From assembly GCF_006345805.1 (NCBI RefSeq), contig NW_021826012.1, positions 1 through 13,832 of the forward strand: a DNA stretch of 13,832 nucleotides, given 5' to 3'. Origin of the DNA: Octopus sinensis. Taxonomy: Eukaryota. Made by a program: the position numbers and the translations under genes. A model generated the notes under the pieces. The model searched no databases and was not told the DNA's origin. It was given only the letters and a program-made list of their open reading frames with translations. Positions 1 through 8,316 of the stretch are shown piece after piece. The stretch's first letter is position 1. Each line of letters starts with the position of its first letter.

Positions 1-217
1 GGACAAACACAGACAAGCACACGCACACACTTATATATATATATACATATATACGACAGGCTTCTTTCAGTTTCCGTATACCAAATCCACTCACAAGGCA
101 TTGGTCAGCCCGGGGCTATAGCAGAAGACACTTGTCCAAGATGCCACGCAGTGGGACTGAACCCGGAACCATGTGGTTGGTAAGCAAGCTACTTACCACA
201 CAGCAACTCCTGCGCCT
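1..217 (-). mobile_element. tRNA-derived SINE family A (CORE-like), 5' half plus internal microsatellite, truncated by window edge
   Basis: Reverse complement reads AGGCGCAGGAGTTGCTGTGTGGTAAGTAGC...GGTTCAGTCCC (A-box/B-box-like), then GGCATCTTGGACAAGTGTCTT, resembling the CORE-SINE motif ACCTTGGGCAAGT. Homologous copies lie at 7215, 7481 and 10041. Confidence 0.85.
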
Positions 218-290
218 TATCTGCTTATTTGTACATTTTCTTTTCCAATTCTAATTTCTCCCCGTTATGGACAAGAAACAGACTCCTTCA

Positions 291-421
291 AATTTGATCG
301 ACCTCGAAAGGATGAAAAGCAAGGTTGACTTGGGCGGAATTTGAATTCCGAAAAAGTAACGGACGAAATTCCGCTCAGCATTTTGCCCAGCGTGCTCACG
401 ATTCTGTCAACTCGCCGCTTT
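291..421 (-). mobile_element. Old, diverged copy of SINE family B (5' part)
   Basis: Reverse complement GCGGCGAGTTGACAGAATCGTGAGCACGCTGGG...TTCAAATTCCGCCCAAGTCAACCTTGCTTTTCATCCTTTCGAGGTCGATC aligns by eye to the SINE-B copies at 8317 and 11387. Confidence 0.75.
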
Positions 422-524
422 GCAAGGCTTATATAATGGTATCACCGTCGTGGATCATTGAATGTTTGAACATGCTTGGTATTGCAAAAAATGTCAATAG
501 TCTTTTTTTTCTTCTTTTATAAAT

Positions 525-1349
525 GGCTTGTAAAACTGGAAAGCTGAGCTCATATCTTATAGAAAGAACCTTGGAACATTAAAGAACCAAGGGAAAGATC
601 CTTCAAGGAGACAGTGTGTCTCTTTCACTGTTTGTTTTATGCATAATTCCTTTAACATTGCTACTGAGGAAAGTAACACCTGGATATGAGTTTAGAAGAA
701 AACGGCAAAAGGTCAACTATCTATGGATGATCTCAAGCTGTATGGTAAGGAAAAAGCTTAAGTCAGTTTTTTTTTTATGAACACAGTTCATGCCTTTAGC
801 TAAGATATCAAAATGGAATTTGGCCTAAAAATTCTAGAGTTAGATTCCTGATGAGAAGATATGTCAAACTGACTTGAATGCACAGAATTACCATCAGGGG
901 AAATTGTGAGAAGGATTGATGATACTCGATATAAAAAAAGCTGGGAATATTGGAGGTGAAGGAAGTGTCGAATAAGAAATGAAGAACAGCTTTACACAAG
1001 AGTAACTCGGAAGGCTGTTGCTACGGTAAAAATTGAATGGTTGAAATACGTTTCAAGTGATCAATTCATGATCGACTCCATTATTGAGGTATGGTGTCGT
1101 TATTACCGTTTGGGGGGAAGAGAAGTTAAAGAGGCTAAAACTGAAAATTGAGAAAACTACTCACAATGCACAAAGCATTCCATCACAAGAAAGATATTGG
1201 AAGGTTGAAGGGAACAGGCTCAAAGGTGGGTGGGAGCTAATCATTTGTGAAAATATTATATGTTCAAAAGATAGCTTGGGATGGTATATCAAAAATGCCA
1301 TAAAACCCTTCCTGTCACAGATAAGAATATCTGGTGGAGTCAGATAGAT
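525..1349 (+). mobile_element. Decayed non-LTR retrotransposon, reverse transcriptase region (R4-clade-like)
   Basis: Translation across frameshifts and stops gives QGDSVS (604-621), VLCIIPLTLLLRKVTPGYEF, MDDLKLYGK (723-749, RT catalytic xMDD), TVHAFS*DIKMEFGLK, LGILE, KLNG and LRYGVVITVW. These match RT motifs of RLE-type LINEs. The listed ORF 1084-1347 is part of this. Confidence 0.85.
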
Positions 1350-1478
1350 GTCCCTCTCTGTAGAAGAGCATAGGCTCGAAACGTAAAAGACCTTTCCTAT
1401 TCCTGAGCGTTATACTAATACATCTGTTTGTTTTGTACACTACTGTCTTCGTCTTTTGTGTTTTTTTTTGTAAACTGT

Positions 1479-1551
<73 letters not shown>

Positions 1552-1744
1552 AATCGATATGATAGATCGTTAGCCACAACACACATTTTTTCTCTCCTGT
1601 TTTTTTCTGTGTCCCTTTCTTAGAAGAGCGTAGGCTCGAAACGTAAAAGACCTTTTCTATTCCTGAGCGTTATACTAATACATCTGTTTGTTTTGTACCC
1701 ACCTGTCTTCGTCTTTTGTTTTTTTCGTAAACTGTCCGTATATA

Positions 1745-1784
<40 letters not shown>

Positions 1785-3013
1785 AATCGCTATGATAGAT
1801 CGTTAGCCACTACACACATTTTTTTCTCTCCTTGTTTTTTCTGTGTCCCTTTCTGTAGAAGAGCGTAGGCTCGAAACGTAAAAGACCTTTTCTATTCCTG
1901 AGCGTTATACTAATACATCTGTTTGTTTTGTACACCACCTGTCTTCTTCTTTTGTTTTTTTCGTAAACAGTCCCTATGATAGATCGTTAGCCACAACACA
2001 CATTTTTTTCTCTCCTTGTTTTTTCTGTGTCCCTTTCTGTAGAAGAGCGTAGGCTCGAAACGTAAAATACCTTTTCTATTCCTGAGCGTTATACTAATAC
2101 ATCTGTTTGTTTTGTACACCACCTGTCTTCGTCTTTTGTTTTTTTCGTAAACTGTCCCTATATATATATATATATATATATATATGGAATCGCTATGATA
2201 GATCGTTAGCCACTACACACATTTTTTTCTCTCCTTGTTTTTTCTGTGTACCTTTCTGTAGAAGAGCGTAGGCTCGAAACGTAAAGGACTTTTTCTATCC
2301 CTGAGCGTTATACTAATACATACATCTGTTGTTTTGTACACCACCTGTCTTCGTCTTTTGTTTTTTTCGTAAACTGTCCCTATATATATATATATATATG
2401 GAATCGCTATGATAGATCGTTAGCCACTACACACATTTTTTTTCTCCCTTGTTTTTTTTTCTGTGTACCTTTCTGTAAAGAGCGTAGGCTCGAAACGTAA
2501 AGGACTTTTTCTATCCCTGAGCGTTATACTAATACATCTGTTTGTTTTGTACACCACCTGTCTTCGTCTTTTGTTTTTTTCGTAAACTGTCCCTATATAT
2601 ATATATATATGGAATCGCTATGATAGATCGTTAGCCACTACACACATTTTTTTCTCTCCTTGTTTTTTCTGTGTACCTTTCTGTAGAAGAGCGTAGGCTC
2701 GAAACGTAAAGGACTTTTTCTATCCCTGAGCGTTATACTAATACATCTGTTTGTTTTGTACACCACCTGTCTTCGTCTTTTGTTTTTTTCGTAAACTGTC
2801 CCTATATATATATATATATGGAATCGCTATGATAGATCGTTAGCCACTACACACATTTTTTTCTCTCCTTGTTTTTTCTGTGTACCTTTCTGTAGAAGAG
2901 CATAGGCTCGAAACGTAAAAGACTTTTTCTATCCCTGAGCGTTATACTAATACATCTGTTTGTTTTGTACACCACCTGTCTTCGTCTTTTGTTTTTTTTT
3001 CGTTAAATCTCCC
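1350..3013 (+). repeat. Tandem array of ~185-260 bp units (7 full + 1 partial), each with a hammerhead-like motif and usually an internal (TA)n
   Basis: GAGC-RTAG-GCTC-GAAACGTA recurs 8 times, ending at 1385, 1645, 1880, 2064, 2283, 2499, 2708 and 2917 (spacings 260, 235, 184, 219, 216, 209, 209). The rest of the unit is near-identical. TAGAT flanks both ends (1345-1349 and 3014-3018). Confidence 0.95.
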
Positions 3014-3960
3014 TAGATTCTTAGTGAGCAGACAAAGAAGTATAATGAAAGAAAAAGGAAGAGGAAAGAAAATGGAATGGTAAAAAGATGTACTGGTAGT
3101 TTGTAGAGACGTGAGCAGGAGTACAGATGCTGATGGAGGAAGAAAGGACAGGAGTACAGATGCCTATTTCTTTACTGCCCACAAGGGGCTAAACACAGAG
3201 GGGACAAACAAGGGCAGACAAACGGATTAAGTCGATTACATCGACCCCAGTGCGTAAGTGGTACTTAATTTATCGACCCCGAAAAATGAAAGGCGAAGTC
3301 GACCTCGGCGGAATTTGAACTCAGAACGTAGCGGCAGACGAAATACCTATTTCTTTACTACCCACAAGGGGCTAAAAACAGAGAGGACAAACAAGAAAAG
3401 ACAAACGGATTAAGTCGATTACATCGACCCCAGTGCATAACTGGTACTTATTTAATCGACCCCGAAAGGATGAAAGGCAAAGTCGACCTCGGCGGAATTT
3501 GAACTCAGAACGTAACGGCAGACGAAATACGGCTACGCATTTCGCCCAGCGTGATAACGTTTCTGCCAGCTCGCCGATGGTTAAAGAAGAGAGACTTGAA
3601 GCTAGAGAAAGAAATATTTATCTGTGCTGGAACAAGGACCAAATGCAGGATTGACAATACTGCAGAAAGTTACAAGTGCAGTGAGAAAGGGTCTGACGAT
3701 TTGGCGTTTTGTGAATGAGTGCACGAAACTGACACAAGAACAATACAAATGACGACACGATAATGTCACAAAAATGATTCATTGGGAGGTGTGTGGCATG
3801 TATGGACTGGAGAGAGTAAAGTTGTAATTTGAGGAGACCCCAAAAGGAGGAATTGAGAATGATGCGGTAAATATATTGTGGTTTTTAATGATCGAATCTG
3901 ACCATGATATTAAACATCGAAGGTGGGAAATATAAAGACCGTGGTCATTGAAGAGGAGGA
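3014..3960 (+). mobile_element. Continuation of the same decayed LINE: thumb, zinc knuckle and restriction-like endonuclease region, interrupted by SINE-B at 3160-3575
   Basis: Translation gives WNGKKMYW*FV, WLKKRDLKLEKEIFICA, KCRIDNTAESYKC..TIWRFVNEC, KLTQEQYK*RHDNVTKMIHWEVCGMYGL (RHD at 3753-3761), IENDAVNILWFLMIESDHDIKHRR and VVIEE. These match the degenerate CCHC, RHD and PD-type RLE motifs of R4-like elements. Confidence 0.85.
3160..3575 (-). mobile_element. SINE family B dimer (one head + two 183-bp 3' units)
   Basis: The head GGCGAGCTGGCAGAAACGTTA starts at 3575 on the minus strand. The tail motif CCTATTTC occurs at 3163 and 3346. The junction reads GAAATAGGTATTTCG on the minus strand. 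Confidence 0.9.
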
Positions 3961-4357
3961 TGAATTACAACCGTGTTTCGTGGTCTGCTACCACAACAGC
4001 CCCTTTATACTATCCAGTTAGCTCAAGACATCATCAGGAGAAACCACGTCCGGTTTCGGCCCCTACTCCTCTACCGTTTTGACGTGGCGGAGCCCCCTTC
4101 CTTTCGAAGGTGTCTTCAGCTCTGGTGTTGGGTGCATGTCTTCTTTCTTCTGTTCCCTGGCCTCTTCGATGTATCGTCAGCGAGAGTCAGTCGGTGACTG
4201 ACTTGACTTGTCAAATTTTTCCCTTTAAATACCTGCCGCTAGGCTCCAGCAGCCAGCCCCAGCAAGATGTCACGTGACACTGTCTCACCTTAACTGACTA
4301 GTGAAGGCGCGTAGTTTCAGCCCGCGCATTCTCTGTTCAAACTATTGCTGTCTCAAA

Positions 4358-4689
4358 GGGGGTGGTGGTGGTGGTGGTGATGATGATGATGATGATTGTT
4401 GTTGGGGTGATAGTAGTGGTGATGATGATGATGATGGTGGTGGTGGTAGTGGTGGTAGTGGTGGTGGTGATGGAGGTGGTGGTGTTGATAATGATGATAA
4501 TGATGATAATGATGATGATGATGATGATGATGATGACGGTAATGGTGACGACGATGATGATGAAAATGGTGATTATGAGATCAGAACGATGATGATGGTC
4601 AGATCATAATGAGGACCATGAAGTGTGGATGATGATTATGATGATGATGATGATGATGATGCTGATGATGATGATGATGATGATGATCG

Positions 4690-4722
<33 letters not shown>

Positions 4723-4723
4723 C

Positions 4724-4761
<38 letters not shown>

Positions 4762-4808
4762 CGATGATGATGATGACGATGATGATGATGATGATGATAA
4801 TGATGATA

Positions 4809-4852
<44 letters not shown>

Positions 4853-4936
4853 CATGACGTTGATGACGAGAAAAATGATGATAATGATGATGATTACGTT
4901 AATGGTGATGATGATAAGGAGGAGGAGGAGGAGGAT
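4358..4936 (+). repeat. (GGT)n/(GAT)n/(GAG)n trinucleotide microsatellite block
   Basis: Directly visible. It explains the poly-D, poly-M and poly-I ORFs. Confidence 0.97.
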
Positions 4937-5274
4937 GTGACAAATGAAGACAACATTAATATTAAATCGATTTTTTTTATAGTTTTGTGACAAAAGCACG
5001 ATCGTACTTTATTCGATCACTCTCTTTCACTCAGTCATTCAGTGGTTCTGTGGCTTCCAATATTGACTGACCACCGTTCGATAAATCGATATATAAGCAC
5101 TGTACCACCTCATTGTCCTTGTTGCTTTCTTGAATACATCACTCGCAGACTCCCCTCTGAAGCATCGTCTCACGAGATTTTTGCCTCTGCTCACTTCTAC
5201 TCATTTCATATCGTTAACATGAGGATTGGCTCAAGTCTTCGTTTGATTTGACGTTTGTGTACAGGTATCCACGT

Positions 5275-5430
5275 ATTATATATACAGATATACACACACG
5301 CCTATACATACATGCATACATACATACATACATACATGCAGATTATATATATATATATATATTTATATAATATATATATATATTATATATAATATATATA
5401 TATAATATAATATATATATATATATATATT
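5275..5430. repeat. (CATA)n/(TA)n microsatellite
   Basis: Directly visible. Confidence 0.95.
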
Positions 5431-5504
5431 TTTATTATATAGAAGGAGCTTCTACAGGACTAGAACTGTTTCTAGTCCTGTAGAAGCTCCTTCTATATAA
5501 TAAA
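5431..5504. repeat. Perfect 35-bp inverted repeat with 4-nt spacer
   Basis: TTTATTATATAGAAGGAGCTTCTACAGGACTAGAA (5431-5465), CTGT, then the exact reverse complement (5470-5504). Confidence 0.95.
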
Positions 5505-5572
5505 TTAATTTTACTCTGCTATTATTGAGTACCTTATTACTGTGGTTAACCCCGAATCAACCCGGGACCTAC

Positions 5573-5621
5573 ATTATATTATATATATAGATATATATAT
5601 ATATATAATATATATATACAT

Positions 5622-5663
<42 letters not shown>

Positions 5664-6116
5664 ATATATATACATACATATATATATATATATATAATAT
5701 ATATTATATATATATATTATTATATACATACATATACATACACACATACATCATATATATATATATACACATACATATACATAAATACATATACATATAC
5801 ATACATACATATATACATACATACATACATACATACATACATACATACATACATAAATATATAAACACAAAGCATAGAGATGTACCTACATACATACATA
5901 CATGCACAAGTATATAAATATACACACATATATACACACATATCCCATACATACACACACACACACGTACGCACAGATGTACACGCACGATGTATACATA
6001 CATGCACAAACACGCAATACACACATACAAAACAACTGCTTTTACATGTACAAACCTGAATAAATAAACAGACAAACAAATAAATGGATAAATAAATAAA
6101 TAAATAAATAAATAAA
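5573..6116. repeat. (TA)n, (TACA)n, (CA)n and (TAAA)n microsatellite mosaic
   Basis: Directly visible. Confidence 0.93.
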
Positions 6117-6279
6117 TGATAAAAAAAAGCATCTTTAGAATAACGTGGGTCACGTGCGTGCTTATTAGAGAGTTATGAGACATGACAACCCGAGGAAAAG
6201 AGAATAGAATGTTAGCAGATGGATGAGAGAGGGCAGAGGTATGGAAATTGAAGTGAGAGAGAAGGAGAAAGGTCGTCTG

Positions 6280-6721
6280 TCTGTCTGTATGTCTGTCTGT
6301 AGGTATGTATGTATGTATGTATGTATGTATGTGTGTATGTGTGTATGTATGTATGTATGTATGTATGTATGTATGTATGTATGTATGTATGTTTATATGT
6401 ATGTATGCATGCATGTATGTATGATTGTATGTATGTATGCATGTATGTGTATGTATGTATGTAAGCATAAATGTATGTATGTCTGTATGTATGTAGGTAT
6501 GTATGTATGTATGATTGCATGTAGGTATGTATGTATGTATGTATGATTGCATGTATGTATGTATGTATGTATGTATGATTGTATGTATGTATGATTGTAT
6601 GTATGTAAGTATGTATGTATGTATGTATGTGTGTATGTATGTATGTATGTATGTATGTATGTATGTATGTATGTATGTATGTATGTATTTATGTATGTAT
6701 GTATGTATGTATGTAAGTATG

Positions 6722-6752
<31 letters not shown>

Positions 6753-6825
6753 GCATGTATGTATGTATGTAAGCATGTATGTATGTATGTATTTATGTAT
6801 GTATGTATGTATGCATGTATGATTG

Positions 6826-6856
<31 letters not shown>

Positions 6857-6980
6857 GCATGTATGTATGTATGTATGTCTGTATGTATGTATGTATGTAT
6901 GTATGAATGTATGTATGTATGTATGATTGTATGTATGTATGTATGTATGTAGGTATGCATGTATGTATGTATGTGTGTGT
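6280..6980 (+). repeat. ~700-bp (TATG)n tetranucleotide array with recurrent variant units (GATT, AAGC, AGGT)
   Basis: Directly visible. It is the source of the YVCM/HTYI ORFs. Confidence 0.97.
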
Positions 6981-7214
6981 AAACGGAACATGAAAGACTG
7001 CTTGGAGATACATGGTGTATTTTATAAATATGCCTAGTTAAAGTATCATAAAAGCATGAAATTCTTCGCAGTTCTTTCGGTTGCATATATATGTGTGTAT
7101 ATATATATATTCACCTCCGGCAAGTGTTATATATATATATATATATCATTTTTATTGGATATAGATATCAGTTAAAAAAACAAAAGTAGAATCATAGAAT
7201 TCGTAATCATATAT

Positions 7215-7378
7215 AGGCGCAGGCGTGGTTGCGTGGTAAAAAGCTTGCTTCCAACGACATGGTTCCAGGTTCAGTCCCACTGCGTGGCACCTTGGCAAGT
7301 GTCTTCTACTATAGCCACGGGCCGACCAAAATTCTGTGAGTGGCAGTAGTAAGCGACGAAAACTGAAACAAACCCGTC
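7215..7378 (+). mobile_element. SINE family A, 5' half
   Basis: AGGCGCAGGCGTGGTTGCGTGGTAAAAAGC...AGGTTCAGTCCCACTGCGTGGCACCTTGGCAAGTGTCTT, running into (CA)n/(TA)n at 7379-7480. Confidence 0.85.
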
Positions 7379-7410
7379 TCACACACACACACACACATAT
7401 ATAACATATA

Positions 7411-7477
<67 letters not shown>

Positions 7478-7480
7478 TAT

Positions 7481-7629
7481 GACGGGCTTTTCAGTTTCCG
7501 TCTACCAAATCCACTCACAAGGCTTTGGTCGGCTCGAGACTATAGTAGAAGACACTTGCCCAAGGTGCCATTCAGTGGGACTGAACCCGGAACTATGTGG
7601 TCCGAAAGTAAGCTACTTACCACACAGCC
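7481..7629 (-). mobile_element. SINE family A, 5' half, inverted relative to 7215-7378
   Basis: Same sequence as 55-207 and 10322-10470, including GACACTTGCCCAAGGTGCC and GGGACTGAACCCGG. Confidence 0.85.
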
Positions 7630-7852
7630 TCGACTAAAAATTCTCCAAGGTGGTGCCCCAGCATGGCCACAGTCTAATGACCGAAACAAATAAAATATAA
7701 AATATGATCTAGCGGTTCGGCAAAACAGACTGATAGAATAAATACTAGGCTTATAAAAGAATAAGTCCTTGGGTTGATTTGTTCGACTAAAGGCGGTGCT
7801 CCAGCATGACCGCAGTCAAAATGATAGAAACAAGAATAAAAGAATAAAATAA
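7630..7852 (+). mobile_element. Two tandem 3'-tail fragments of SINE family A
   Basis: TCGACTAAA..GGTGCCCCAGCATGGCCACAGTC..GAAACAA (7630-7705) and TAGCGGTTCGGCAAAA...GGCGGTGCTCCAGCATGACCGCAGTC..AAAAGAATAAAA (7709-7852) match the reverse complement of 10041-10180. Confidence 0.8.
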
Positions 7853-7854
7853 TC

Positions 7855-8284
7855 GGATCTTTTCGGTTTGACCGGCAGTTTTTTAAAATAATTTCCACGT
7901 AACTAAACACTTTTAAACTTCGTATACTGGTAGAATGTGTTTATAAAACATCTTTTTCTCTTGGCTTTATTGAGAAAATTCTATGGTTTGTAAGATATTT
8001 GTTGTTTTTATCTTCTTCAATTTCTGCAATTTCAACCAATCACTGACGTCTATTGAGGCGAAAACATTCTGTGCCGTATGAATTTGTCCCTCGTTTAAGA
8101 AACAGATTCGGTTTATTTACATTTCTGAAGAAAAAAATGATACCTTTCCCCACCCCTAACCCTAACTCTAACCCTAACCTAAAACAGATTGAAATGCAAT
8201 AGATCGGTACTAGGGTCATAATTATGGGTGACAATTTCATATGACACCGCTAGAAAAAACTGCCGTTCAAACCGAAAAAAATCC
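7855..8284. mobile_element. 430-bp non-autonomous TIR element (MITE) carrying (CCCTAA)-like repeats
   Basis: Left TIR GGATCTTTTCGGTTTGACCGGCAGTTTTTT (7855-7884) versus the reverse complement of 8254-8284, GGATTTTTTTCGGTTTGAACGGCAGTTTTTT. No ORF. TSD and superfamily not resolved. Confidence 0.85.
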
Positions 8285-8316
8285 AAAGAAGTGAATAGCG
8301 AAATGATATTCCCAGT

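Noticed and set aside
848-854. CTGATGA as a ribozyme or C/D-box motif
   Set aside because: It lies in LINE coding remnants and has no downstream stem or GAAA.
1084-1347. 87-aa ORF as a standalone gene
   Set aside because: It is an open stretch of the decayed LINE RT-thumb region.
3116-3163. 15-bp direct repeat CAGGAGTACAGATGC as the TSD of the SINE-B dimer
   Set aside because: Both copies lie on the same side of the SINE, so it is a local duplication.
3975-4119. Two tandem CUGANGA...GAAAC pairs on the minus strand as hammerheads
   Set aside because: Stem II does not close at 10.1-11.1, and stems I and III cannot be placed in register in any permutation I tried. Worth an Infernal run but not supported by eye.
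4301-4999. Poly-D, poly-M and poly-I ORFs
   Set aside because: Open in several frames on both strands purely because of (GAT)n. There is no unique coding context.
5704-7086. HTYI/YVCM ORFs up to 350 aa
   Set aside because: Translations of (TACA)n and (TATG)n microsatellites.
8154-8182. Chromosome-fusion telomere scar
   Set aside because: Only 4-5 units, in one orientation, and located inside a TIR element.
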